From the IMG/VR virus record IMGVR_UViG_2639763161_000004, positions 1 to 64,000 of that record: a stretch of 64,000 nt of DNA; one strand, written 5' to 3'. The position numbers and the translations under genes were made by a program. This DNA comes from a virus. Lineage: Duplodnaviria > Caudoviricetes. The notes below the pieces were generated by a model. That model made no database searches, had not been told where the DNA came from, and worked only from the letters and a program-made list of their open reading frames with translations. This document shows, piece by piece, positions 24,348 to 33,515 of this stretch. Each line of letters opens with the position of its first letter. Within the stretch, counting starts at the first letter, position 1.

Positions 24348-24398
24348 TGTTGGTACAAAAAGTCATTGAACGGTGCTATACCAACACATATACCAACA
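24348..24398. repeat. Probable integrase arm-type sites (TGTTGGTA, then TACCAACA twice)
   Basis: Inverted and direct 8-bp repeats upstream of int. Confidence 0.55.
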
Positions 24399-24521
24399 AA
24401 GATTACTTGATGTGGGTTGATATCGATAGACTTAGGTTGAAGTTGAGAACCTTGTGTCGTGCTAATCCACTGAATTACAGGTATAAAAAAAGACGTCAGT
24501 TGACGTCTTTTGATATAAATT

Positions 24522-24566
24522 TGGCGCGCCCTACAGGATTCGAACCTGTGACCTACGGCTTAGAAG
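24522..24566 (-). tRNA. 3' half of tRNA-Arg(UCU), argU-like; prophage att core, not an intact tRNA
   Basis: CTTCTAAGCCGTAGGTCACAGGTTCGAATCCTGTAGGGCGCGCCA; similarity stops at the anticodon loop. Confidence 0.88.
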
Positions 24567-24732
24567 ATAGTAGAGCGTAATTTAACATACTGATTAACCG
24601 CACAAAATCCATGCTCGCAACAGGCTTTGTGTCGTTGAATGTCATCTAGTGCACTTAGCAGTAATTCGTGTTTTTCTTGTGACGCCACATTTACGACACA
24701 GTAGCGCCACAAGAAAGATTCGAACCTGTGAT

Positions 24733-25056
24733 TCAAACCGGCATCCAGTCAGCCTCGTAAACCGACAGGATTTCGTGCGTCACCACGCCGAGCATCACCA
24801 CACCTTCCAGTGACTCCCCATCGATCGTCTCACCCTCTTCGGTGACAATTCCCGTTCTGAAGTACTTCCCAATCATCGGGTAGCCGTCAACCTGCCAGGC
24901 CACCTTATTGCCCGGCACCGGTGTAATGGAACTGTCTACCAGCGCAAACCCTCTCGGCGTCTCAATCCTGATGGTTGACGATGGACGCTGAATCATCAGC
25001 TTGTTCAAATCTATGCGGCTCTCAACGAAGTCTGCCGCCGGTGATGGAAATCCCAT
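24733..25056 (-). CDS. UmuD'/HumD-like protein
   Basis: Starts MGFPSPAADFVE.RIDLN; ends GVVTH; lacks the GDSM segment. Confidence 0.7.
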   Translation of the reverse strand: MGFPSPAADFVESRIDLNKLMIQRPSSTIRIETPRGFALVDSSITPVPGNKVAWQVDGYPMIGKYFRTGIVTEEGETIDGESLEGVVMLGVVTHEILSVYEADWMPV

Positions 25057-25057
25057 A

Positions 25058-25297
25058 TCAATACTCCCCGTAGTGGTAGAAACGCTGCCAGAGGTTGTTG
25101 TGGCCCTCTTCAGGTGATACGTCACGAAATGTCATCACATGCTGCGCTATCCACTCGTTAGCGCTCTGGTGACTCATTTCCCAGTTTCGCTTGGCAAGCT
25201 CGGCAACAAAGTCAGACGTCGAGACGGTGACGCCATACTTCGGGTTGCGCCGCATCGCCTCATGGAATGACAACCGTATATCGCCGTAACGTGGCAT
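25058..25297 (-). CDS. Phage hypothetical protein upstream of the UmuD'-like gene
   Basis: MPRYGDI..F, VSTSDFVAEL, ANEWI; GGGGG RBS. Confidence 0.7.
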   Translation of the reverse strand: MPRYGDIRLSFHEAMRRNPKYGVTVSTSDFVAELAKRNWEMSHQSANEWIAQHVMTFRDVSPEEGHNNLWQRFYHYGEY

Positions 25298-25312
25298 GTA
25301 GAGCCCCCGTGA

Positions 25313-25549
25313 TCACTGTTTATCTGTTTGATGTTCATCATGGGATACAGATGGCCTGGTCGCAGGTCCGAGTAAATATCCATCAACCCCCGGGACAAGC
25401 AATCTGCCGGTATCTTCTGATCTGACCATCAGACAACCCATTCGCCAGTCCAATTGCTGAACCCACTTAACGCGTATAACCCCGCCGTTTGTCAGGCAGG
25501 ACAGGAACTTATCGCCATAGCGGGACGCTTCAATATTTGACCATCGCAT
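25313..25549 (-). CDS. Hypothetical protein, first gene of the SOS-box operon
   Basis: ATG with GGTG RBS 18 nt downstream of the LexA box. Confidence 0.45.
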   Translation of the reverse strand: MRWSNIEASRYGDKFLSCLTNGGVIRVKWVQQLDWRMGCLMVRSEDTGRLLVPGVDGYLLGPATRPSVSHDEHQTDKQ

Positions 25550-25566
25550 AAAATCACCATGAAAAA

Positions 25567-25582
25567 CTGTATGCATATACAG
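25567..25582. promoter_or_regulatory. LexA (SOS) box
   Basis: CTGTATGCATATACAG = CTGT-N8-ACAG, overlapping a minus-strand TATACT. Confidence 0.88.
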
Positions 25583-25670
25583 TATATGATGGATTGAATT
25601 TGATCAATGGCGACTTCTTACCAGGGATTAACTGCTATATGATAAGTGACATAAAATTAAGGAGATCATC

Positions 25671-25805
25671 ATGCTTGAACTTTTCTACAACTATGAAGGA
25701 TGGATAACCAATCCTGGCGCTATCTTTGACATGGTCATGAATGTGGCCCTGGCGTGCGCTGTGGTTGTTTTTCTAGTGGGTGTCTTCATGAAGAGTGAAT
25801 CATAG
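25671..25805 (+). CDS. 44-aa single-TM peptide (not in ORF track), candidate host-Wzy inhibitor
   Basis: MLELFYNYEGWITNPGAIFDMVMNVALACAVVVFLVGVFMKSES; TAAGGAG RBS; stop 2 nt before the next ATG. Confidence 0.65.
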   Translation: MLELFYNYEGWITNPGAIFDMVMNVALACAVVVFLVGVFMKSES

Positions 25806-25807
25806 TA

Positions 25808-26971
25808 ATGTTCAATGCTTTACTGTTTCCGGCGAACATACTTATCGCTCTTGGGTTCTGTTCACTAATCGCACTTGACTCTCTTTCAAATCTCTACAGT
25901 TCGCCAGATGATTATGCGATCCTGGCTTTATCTGTAATGCTTTCCATCTATGGCGCTTTCTGCGTTTTCATGTTCCGCCGGAACAAACCATTTGTTGATG
26001 ATTCAGGCGAGATGGCAAAGAAGTTCTCCCCCTTTCTGAAGATAGCGGCATGCGGATTCATAGTGGAATTTGCTCTCTATGGAATACCTCTTCTGCTTAA
26101 GGGAGGGCGAGACGATTACACCGGCATTCCTGTGCTGCATGTGGTTTTCTATTCCTCATCCATCATATCAGTGCTGTTTGCATCCCTTTATGCCAGTAAC
26201 CGGAACATTGCGATAACCCTTTTATTTGCCGCTGCGATAAGCGTACTGACGCTATCACGTCAGATGATGATGGTGTCATTCTGCATATTTATAATTTCAT
26301 CACTGATTCGCTACAAGATAACGAAGAAAATAGCTTTGCGGCTGTTCTTGCTGATATTTATTTTGTTTGCGAGTTTCGGTTTTGTCGGGGATATCCGGCA
26401 GCAGATGTCAGGAGACTATGTTAATAACTACATATTCCTGGTAGGAGGGGCTAATGCGGGGGGAGAAGCGCTGGGCTCTTCTCTTTACTGGCTGTGGATC
26501 TACATGGCTACGCCTGTCTATAACCTGATTCATAACCTACATGACTACAACGTTTATGGAAGCTTTTGCGGCCCGACAGACACGATCGGAACCTGTAACG
26601 GCTCGTACATCAGCACTGTACTGATACCCAACACCATAGCGAAATACCTTGGTGAGCCTGAATTTAAGATATCACTGGAGGTTCCGTACCTGAATGCCGG
26701 CACCGGCTATGCTGCTGCTGCAAGGTTGCTTGGATTGCCTGGCGTCATAATTCAACTATTGGCTCAGTTTGCTTACTACTTTATTGGAAGGATTGTGACG
26801 CCTGTCAGGATGAGAACGGCGTACACTGTTTATTTTTCTGCGCTATCTGTCTTTATGATATTTGATGACCTGTACACGCATGGTGAGTTTTTCTTTGGCT
26901 TTATTTTGATAATTCTGGCATCGAAAGGAATTAAGTTAGGAATCCCAAAATACCATTTTGAAAGAAATTAG
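25808..26971 (+). CDS. wzy: Putative O-antigen polymerase (Wzy-like), lysogenic conversion
   Basis: About 10 TM segments; LSRQ, FGFVGDIRQ, WIYMATPVYNL, large periplasmic loop; moron orientation at the tail end. Confidence 0.72.
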   Translation: MFNALLFPANILIALGFCSLIALDSLSNLYSSPDDYAILALSVMLSIYGAFCVFMFRRNKPFVDDSGEMAKKFSPFLKIAACGFIVEFALYGIPLLLKGGRDDYTGIPVLHVVFYSSSIISVLFASLYASNRNIAITLLFAAAISVLTLSRQMMMVSFCIFIISSLIRYKITKKIALRLFLLIFILFASFGFVGDIRQQMSGDYVNNYIFLVGGANAGGEALGSSLYWLWIYMATPVYNLIHNLHDYNVYGSFCGPTDTIGTCNGSYISTVLIPNTIAKYLGEPEFKISLEVPYLNAGTGYAAAARLLGLPGVIIQLLAQFAYYFIGRIVTPVRMRTAYTVYFSALSVFMIFDDLYTHGEFFFGFILIILASKGIKLGIPKYHFERN

Positions 26972-26995
26972 AATTGCGGCATCCGTGCCGCAGTT

Positions 26996-29425
26996 TTACC
27001 AGTTACTGACTATGACAATTCCTCTCAAAAACATTCTTTTAAGAGAGGTGTTTGCTCCTGAATTTTCCACCCTGAATATCAGGCCATTATCTGGTGGTAC
27101 CGATATATCTCCCGGCGTAACATCAGCATCGATAACCTGGTTATTTGAAGACAACCCTGCTGCATAAAGAGGTGAGGATATGGTATATCCGTTGTCGTTG
27201 GTTGATAACAGGCTGAATGTTCCGCTCGTTGTTCCGCTGAGATTGAAATACTCCATCACGGTTCTGATATGGCTTCCTACCATTATCCCTGAATTGTAAC
27301 TTGCAGATGTTCCTTTGAACGCAATGCCGCTGTAATCATAACCTGTAGTTGTGCTTGTTCTGTCTGACTCCGCAACAGAAGCATTTGTCAGAAGACGTAT
27401 CGGGTAACTACCACCCTGAACATTGGCATTGCCGGTCGAAGTGTCGAGTATGCATGCCTTGCTGAAAAGTGATGTGATTGGCCATATTGTACTTGATGGC
27501 GTACCGCCAAAGAGATATGCCTCAAACCTTATCTTTGGCCTCACTTTCTGGCTGGCAAGTCCGATAACCAGGTTCCGGCATTTAACGTTGTTCCTTACAC
27601 TTCCCTGAAACCCGCCTGACACCCCATCCCAAATGAAAGCCCCGAAGTTACCCTCGCAAACTTTACCAAATACCGATGACGCTGCCACAACCTGATCCAC
27701 ATCGCGGCTGTAGTAAGACTGACTGGTTGAGTCAACGTAAGCAGACACAACCGGGATGACAATACCTATCCCTGTCATGGCCTTGATAGTGCCGAAATCA
27801 AGCCTCATTTTTGCCAGGTCCTGCTTCAGCCAGTCAGCATAACTCCCGGTTGAATAATATCGAGAGTATGAGTCTACAAAAGCGATATCATAGTTTTTGC
27901 TGAAAAGCTGGTTGAAAGGCTGACCAGATGCTATCAGGTCCACAAAGTTCAGGTTTTTAGTGGTCAGCCCCCTTAAAGTTGTGATTTTCGCATCCTGCTG
28001 TGCAACTGTTATACCTTTTGTTGCGGGCTCGTCATAGACCGAATAACCGAACGTAGCTGCCTTTGCTGTTGTTGCGGTGACAAACTCAGTAAGGTTAGCG
28101 TTTGCCCTTGGGTTATCTATTCCAAGATTCACCTGCAGTCCGGCGGTATAGGCATTGTCCAGCATCTGTTCTGCAGTGCCTGCCGCATCAATCGTTCCGT
28201 TGTTTGCAAACGTACAGTAGTGGTTGATCATGTTAAAGCCGAGCGACTTGATATAGAGAAGCTCAGCAAGGTCATAGGCACTCTCCACGTACAGCATTCG
28301 GATGCTGGCGGAGTCCGGATCAACAGTGCGCGCCTTGATGCTACCAAGAGAATACCGGGAGGTGTTGATGGTAAACTCACCAACAATCCTCTGGCCCTTG
28401 GAATTAATTATCCCCGAAACATTATATGTCCCGTTTCCAACAACAGGCTTTCCGGTTGCAAAGGCTGCGTTAATGGCTGCTGTCCAGTCTCCGGAGGTAA
28501 CCAGGTTTGCATAGTCACTGATATAGGCAAACGATGCGTTCTGATTGTTGAGCGTGTCCACGCTTGTCTGTGCAGCTGCTCCGCCTACATACGTAACACC
28601 TGATGAACCTGTTACGTTGTTTTTAAATGTGTTTAGAGCATCAAGCTGTGTCGCCACGGTGCCCGTAGTATACCCAACCAGCGTGGCGCCGGTGGTCTGA
28701 GAAAGTGCTGATGCGCTTACTTTGTTGTTGAGCGCAGCCTGAACTGTTGTAGGGTTGTTGCTGTCGTCTGCCGCGCCAACCTGAGTAGCGCCGGTCTTTT
28801 GCCCTAGCTGGGCCAGAACATCGTCTGTAAGCTGAATCCAGTTTGCCAAGGTTGTTGGTGGTGCCGAGGCAAGGCAAAACGAATAACCCAAATCTGTGCG
28901 CTTACATATATCGCCTACCTGAGCATCAAGAGCCAGCATAGCTGCCTGGCTGTTGGCAACAAAAGGCTCGGTTAATGCGATCGCCGGTATCACAGAAACC
29001 GGTATTTTTCCGCTGCTGTCCAGTATGGCAAATTCGGCAATGGCCTTTGTTGACAGGCTGCCGTCACCGCCAAAAACCGGAACAGATGAAGCGCGATCGG
29101 CGGCGGCTGGTAGCGCAGATAGAGACTCTCCAGATGGTGCCCTTACGGTGCGGCCTATTGCTGAATCGGCGGCACTTGCTGCCTCTGATGCCGACACGGC
29201 CGCGTCTGATGCCGACTGGCTTGCAGCGACAGACAGCGCCTGAACGGTAGACTCCGCGGCTGTTGCTGTCTGAGCAGATGCTGATGCCGATGCTGCTGAT
29301 GCGGCCGCCTGTTGCGCATAGTCTGGAGCATTCGCCAGCTGCTCGGCGCTCAGTTTGGCCTGAGCGGCTGCCGTTTCTGCGATAGATGCGTATTGCTGTG
29401 CTTTTTTGGTATCTGAAATAGACAT
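26996..29425 (-). CDS. Tailspike/receptor-binding protein with a putative TIM-barrel glycoside hydrolase domain
   Basis: Ala-rich N-terminal stalk; GDWTAAINAA; LGFNMINHY, GLQVNLG, GYSVYDEP, DIAFVDSY. Confidence 0.75.
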   Translation of the reverse strand: MSISDTKKAQQYASIAETAAAQAKLSAEQLANAPDYAQQAAASAASASASAQTATAAESTVQALSVAASQSASDAAVSASEAASAADSAIGRTVRAPSGESLSALPAAADRASSVPVFGGDGSLSTKAIAEFAILDSSGKIPVSVIPAIALTEPFVANSQAAMLALDAQVGDICKRTDLGYSFCLASAPPTTLANWIQLTDDVLAQLGQKTGATQVGAADDSNNPTTVQAALNNKVSASALSQTTGATLVGYTTGTVATQLDALNTFKNNVTGSSGVTYVGGAAAQTSVDTLNNQNASFAYISDYANLVTSGDWTAAINAAFATGKPVVGNGTYNVSGIINSKGQRIVGEFTINTSRYSLGSIKARTVDPDSASIRMLYVESAYDLAELLYIKSLGFNMINHYCTFANNGTIDAAGTAEQMLDNAYTAGLQVNLGIDNPRANANLTEFVTATTAKAATFGYSVYDEPATKGITVAQQDAKITTLRGLTTKNLNFVDLIASGQPFNQLFSKNYDIAFVDSYSRYYSTGSYADWLKQDLAKMRLDFGTIKAMTGIGIVIPVVSAYVDSTSQSYYSRDVDQVVAASSVFGKVCEGNFGAFIWDGVSGGFQGSVRNNVKCRNLVIGLASQKVRPKIRFEAYLFGGTPSSTIWPITSLFSKACILDTSTGNANVQGGSYPIRLLTNASVAESDRTSTTTGYDYSGIAFKGTSASYNSGIMVGSHIRTVMEYFNLSGTTSGTFSLLSTNDNGYTISSPLYAAGLSSNNQVIDADVTPGDISVPPDNGLIFRVENSGANTSLKRMFLRGIVIVSNW

Positions 29426-29433
29426 GGCTCACC

Positions 29434-30591
29434 TTAAAACTTAATGAAATAAGCCAACGCGATATTTCGCGGCCTGGTTTCGTTTGCAAATGAACCCACA
29501 GTTCCTGCAGCAAAAGTGCTGACAATGCCTTTGCCGGGTCCGGCGTCGTTGTTGGGATCGGAGGAGTTAAAGACGCTGTCTGGAATGGTTGCTACGGGGT
29601 CGACGCTTGTTCCTGTGGAGGTTTTAAGCCAGTGCTCATGTTGCTGGACGGCAAAGTCCTGGGAGCTGCCAATCGTTCGGCCCGAATCCACTCCGCGACT
29701 GAGATCTAACCCGCGAATAAACTCGCCCCGAAGGTCTGGTAATCCAAACGTTGTGCTTCCGTCCCCGGCCCCGAAGGTGGTTCCGATACGGGAGAACAGG
29801 CGTCCATAGACGTTACGGCTCACGGTCTGACCATTGCACAGCAGCCAGCCAGATGGCGTGGTTGTGGCGGCAAACGGCATCACAGATGCGGTCAGATCAA
29901 ACCCGGTGTTAAACGACTCGTCATACATATCCATGCCGTCACAAAAAAGCTTTGTGAAAACACCAGGGAATGCCTGAACGCCAACGCCTGAGACTGTCTT
30001 GCAGGTCAGGGAAAAGTTGCCTGTGCAGTTATTGACGACTGTCCATGACTTTATCCATGCAGGGAAAATGATATTGATGTTCGCCGTCAGCGTTCCGGTG
30101 ATGAGAATTCTGTCTTTGGCTGCCTGCAGGGAGCTCATGATTATGCTGGACGGCGAGGCTGTCAGTTGAGTGACGCCGTAGTTGTTAAGCGGCACCCATC
30201 CCGTTGTCGAACCATTGGATGACTCAGGGGCGGTGGTGTTTCCGTCTGTCAGATTCAGCCACTGGCCTGTCAGGACCGAACTTGGAAGCAATGCCCCTCT
30301 CGGGTATCCGCTAATGGCAGTCGAGAAATCAGAGCTGAAAGGGAAACCCATCCCGGCATTACCCCACTGCAACTGCTGGGTAGCCGAATACAGTACGCCG
30401 TTTACATCCTTTCCATTGGGCGGCAACCCTCCAGCGCTGAGTGGCTGCATCGTTATTGAAGGGAATCCCTTGTCGTAAGTGGCGATGCCGCCGCTGTCTG
30501 TTGATGTGCTGGAATCGACCGGGAGCGTGTTTTTAACACCATTAACAGCGAATGCCTTTAGCAGGCGGGATGGAATGTCTGTTGAGTTCAT
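29434..30591 (-). CDS. Tail fibre protein with collar domain
   Basis: GFPSITMQP..AGG.PP.GKD.NG; PSGWLLCNG, FGLPDLRGEFIRG, ETRPRNIAL. Confidence 0.88.
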   Translation of the reverse strand: MNSTDIPSRLLKAFAVNGVKNTLPVDSSTSTDSGGIATYDKGFPSITMQPLSAGGLPPNGKDVNGVLYSATQQLQWGNAGMGFPFSSDFSTAISGYPRGALLPSSVLTGQWLNLTDGNTTAPESSNGSTTGWVPLNNYGVTQLTASPSSIIMSSLQAAKDRILITGTLTANINIIFPAWIKSWTVVNNCTGNFSLTCKTVSGVGVQAFPGVFTKLFCDGMDMYDESFNTGFDLTASVMPFAATTTPSGWLLCNGQTVSRNVYGRLFSRIGTTFGAGDGSTTFGLPDLRGEFIRGLDLSRGVDSGRTIGSSQDFAVQQHEHWLKTSTGTSVDPVATIPDSVFNSSDPNNDAGPGKGIVSTFAAGTVGSFANETRPRNIALAYFIKF

Positions 30592-30592
30592 G

Positions 30593-31180
30593 TCATACCT
30601 GCTGAACAATATTGACTGTGACGCCCACGGGGGCCGGTAGTGCGCCGGAGCTTTGCACGATCGCAAGCTCTGAAACGGAAAGCGGAAACTGGAATACGTA
30701 GCTCATCACCATGCCGCCATCGTTTCTGACATAGCAGCGACCTTTGTCGCCGAACATAAACATCAGTAGCCGGTTGAGATTAGGGATGGTGCAGTCAGAG
30801 ATGTTGGCCGCCGCCTTCATCATGATCAGCTTTCGGTAAATATCGTTTGTGAGCGTTACGGTTGAGGTAAGAACCTCTCCCGAATAGAAAGGGGCCTGGT
30901 TGAACGGTTGAGGGTCATCAACAACAGGAGGGTCAGATAACGCCTCCTGAAAGCCAAAATAGATTTTGTTCTCTGTCACCGTCAGCTGCCTGCTGACAAC
31001 CACGATTTTCCCCCACACATCCAGGCCATATGTGCCTGCTGTTTCAATGTTCCAGATCATGTCGTAAAAGGAATCGATGAAACCTTCTATGCCTACGGCC
31101 TGATTGAAAGAGTAAATGAGGGATTTTAATTTCGGGCTGTCTGCATATTGCGTCAGGATGGTATCCGCGACGTTTATCAT
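30593..31180 (-). CDS. Baseplate wedge protein (DUF2612)
   Basis: QYADSPKL, TAGTYGLDVWGKIV. Confidence 0.8.
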   Translation of the reverse strand: MINVADTILTQYADSPKLKSLIYSFNQAVGIEGFIDSFYDMIWNIETAGTYGLDVWGKIVVVSRQLTVTENKIYFGFQEALSDPPVVDDPQPFNQAPFYSGEVLTSTVTLTNDIYRKLIMMKAAANISDCTIPNLNRLLMFMFGDKGRCYVRNDGGMVMSYVFQFPLSVSELAIVQSSGALPAPVGVTVNIVQQV

Positions 31181-32409
31181 GCGAGTGTCACCGAGATGTT
31201 GGTTGCGTCAAGCGTTGGCACCTGATCGATACCGAAAGATAAAGACGTGCTGAATGTCGTTCCGTCACGGCTCAGCGTTATGCTGAAGATATCTACGTTT
31301 TCAGGGTCGATCGCCTGTACGCCTGAGTAATAGCGACCTGCATATATTGTCGAGCCAATCCTTGCCCGAGTTCCGCCGTCCTCGCCATTGAATGCACTGA
31401 GGACGGCGGTGCGAACTCTGCTTACAATGTCACCCGGGAGAGCATTGTTGTTAGCCAGTTCGACTTTGACGAATACGTTTACGGCTGATGGTGTCTGCCA
31501 GGTAATCTCATATTCAGGGTAAGGCTGGACATAATTGACATCATCTACCACTGTGTAACTGGTGTTGCCTGCCATTGGGGGGCCGGGAGGAAGCTTCTGA
31601 AATATAGCTTTAGCCACATCAGCTGATGCACCGCCATACACGCACACGTAAAGTGAGTGCGCAGGAAGCGGAAATGAAGTTGATCCTTTGTTTACGGTGG
31701 TGCTGGTGTTGTTTTGGGTGACATAGGCATCCGTCACGCCATTTACCGCCAGCACGTTCGCATAAATTGCCCCAAGCTGGTTATTAGCATTGCCGGCTAC
31801 AGATTGTTTGCGGCGATACTCAAAATTAGCCCTGCTCTCTACATCATTTCCCAGCACGCCCGCTGTTGCGTTGGTTATACCCGACCAGCCGATTATCGCC
31901 CGGTAAATCGTGTTCAGCGCGCCAATTGGACAGGCGATAGGACCGGTTGCCTGATTCTGAAAGACGACATTCAACGAGCCAGAAGCAGGTATGGTTGCGG
32001 CTGACAGAGAGGAGTAAAGGTAGCCATTACTGTCCTGCGCCAGGCTTCCCGCCGGAATTACTGTTCCCTGAAGTCCAGTGCATGTTGCCGTCACTGTGGT
32101 TCCGATGGCTGCGATGCGGTCGATAAAGTAAATCTGCCCGATAGCGTCCTGCATGCGGCCCGATGCAAAGTCCGGATTGACCTGGTTAACAAGCCATGCA
32201 AGGTTGTCGTTTTTGTCGCCGATGATGGCAGTGTCGCTCATGGCGATCTGTCCCTGCGGCGTCGTCAGGCTGGCGCTCATCCCGCCGCCCATCGCGGTAT
32301 TAAGATCGGTCAGTCGGCCATTCAGAATGTCGATTTCGTCCGGTACAGCCACGCCGGTATCGGAAAGCGTTACGGCAGGGACCGCCGTGCTCACTGTGAC
32401 TTCAGCCAT
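31177..32409 (-). CDS. Baseplate J/gp47-like protein
   Basis: TPQGQIA, P.FASGRMQDAIG, VNGVTDAYV. Confidence 0.85.
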   Translation of the reverse strand: MAEVTVSTAVPAVTLSDTGVAVPDEIDILNGRLTDLNTAMGGGMSASLTTPQGQIAMSDTAIIGDKNDNLAWLVNQVNPDFASGRMQDAIGQIYFIDRIAAIGTTVTATCTGLQGTVIPAGSLAQDSNGYLYSSLSAATIPASGSLNVVFQNQATGPIACPIGALNTIYRAIIGWSGITNATAGVLGNDVESRANFEYRRKQSVAGNANNQLGAIYANVLAVNGVTDAYVTQNNTSTTVNKGSTSFPLPAHSLYVCVYGGASADVAKAIFQKLPPGPPMAGNTSYTVVDDVNYVQPYPEYEITWQTPSAVNVFVKVELANNNALPGDIVSRVRTAVLSAFNGEDGGTRARIGSTIYAGRYYSGVQAIDPENVDIFSITLSRDGTTFSTSLSFGIDQVPTLDATNISVTLA

Positions 32410-32417
32410 TGGCTACC

Positions 32418-32777
32418 TCAGAATTGAACGTTGATCTGTGTGTTGTTTGTGTCCGTCACGGTCATGACGCCCGATGCGGCGCGATCGCTATTGCTGACCG
32501 TTGTTGTGCAGAAGGCTGACTGGACGTAAGGGAGCTTTTTGGCCTCGGTAGCCATTTTGGTGTTTATCAGTTGTGTGCCTGGCCACTTTCCGAGGATGCG
32601 CTCGTAATAAGGAATGCCAAGAGTCGTGTCGTACCACGCCTCCCCCAGGAAGGTAGAGCAGGCACATGCAACATCCTGAGCAACGGCATAAGGATTTGAT
32701 GTGATCGCAATGTTGCCTGTGTCATCCAGTGAGATATCCCACGTTTCAGTCACAAGCTGGAATGATTTGGTGAGCAT
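32418..32777 (-). CDS. Baseplate wedge subunit (gp46/gp25-like)
   Basis: WDISLD..GNIA, FLGEAWYDTTLGIPY. Confidence 0.75.
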   Translation of the reverse strand: MLTKSFQLVTETWDISLDDTGNIAITSNPYAVAQDVACACSTFLGEAWYDTTLGIPYYERILGKWPGTQLINTKMATEAKKLPYVQSAFCTTTVSNSDRAASGVMTVTDTNNTQINVQF

Positions 32778-32813
32778 GGAAACTCCGGGCAATAAAAAAC
32801 CCGCCGGAGCGGG

Positions 32814-33515
32814 TTAGGTTGAAGGGGTATCTGTCTGGCCGGATCCTCTGTCTACGCCGCCATGTTTATGCGTAGATAGTGGAATGCCATTTCCGGTAAC
32901 TTCCCCTACCGCAGTGACTGAACCACCGAATGTCGCATTACCCGCAAAGCTGCCAGAGCCCTGCGTAAGCTGCCCGTTAGCCTCGATGATCGGCGCATTG
33001 ATGGAAACCCGGTCATCTGCATTCAGGCTGACAATGTTGGCCTGCACGTTAACAACCAGCGGAGAAACAATGTCTATGCCGTCACTGGAAAACTTCACGT
33101 ACTGCGTGGGTTCGGCATTAAGCAGGCCGCCAAGGTAAACAGCATCTGAATAGCTGTGCGTGCGGTTTGAGCCGGGAAGCGCATCGGATTTGGTCTTTTT
33201 GACTGAGGTGATGTCACGATCGCAAATCGCTATCAGGCCAATATCCCCGGCGACAGGCGGCATAATCACAGCACTTGCACCCCGCTGCAGCCGCCATACC
33301 GGTGCGCCATGGATGACAGAATTTGGAATGACATCGCCGCCACCAGTGAAGCCCTGAACCATAGGCCTGACAGAAACGCTTTCACCAGAGTCGCTGACGT
33401 CCGTTACGACAGCCAGGGTAATGAAGGCTTTACCCATCAGGAACTGCTGCATCATGAACTGTTGCGTATTGGCGTCCGTTGCAGTGTCCTGCGGCCGGTT
33501 TGTGAATAAATTCAT
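32814..33515 (-). CDS. Baseplate spike (gpV-like)
   Basis: OB-fold-like N-terminus, beta repeats, C-terminal THKH. Confidence 0.82.
   Translation of the reverse strand: MNLFTNRPQDTATDANTQQFMMQQFLMGKAFITLAVVTDVSDSGESVSVRPMVQGFTGGGDVIPNSVIHGAPVWRLQRGASAVIMPPVAGDIGLIAICDRDITSVKKTKSDALPGSNRTHSYSDAVYLGGLLNAEPTQYVKFSSDGIDIVSPLVVNVQANIVSLNADDRVSINAPIIEANGQLTQGSGSFAGNATFGGSVTAVGEVTGNGIPLSTHKHGGVDRGSGQTDTPST

Noticed and set aside
24522-24566. Intact tRNA-Arg gene
   Set aside because: The 5' acceptor strand and D arm are absent
24347-24580. 77-aa ORF across the att site
   Set aside because: Runs through arm sites and the antisense tRNA fragment
26996-30591. Tail-fibre shufflon or diversity-generating retroelement
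   Set aside because: No invertase, reverse transcriptase, crossover repeats or TR/VR pair seen
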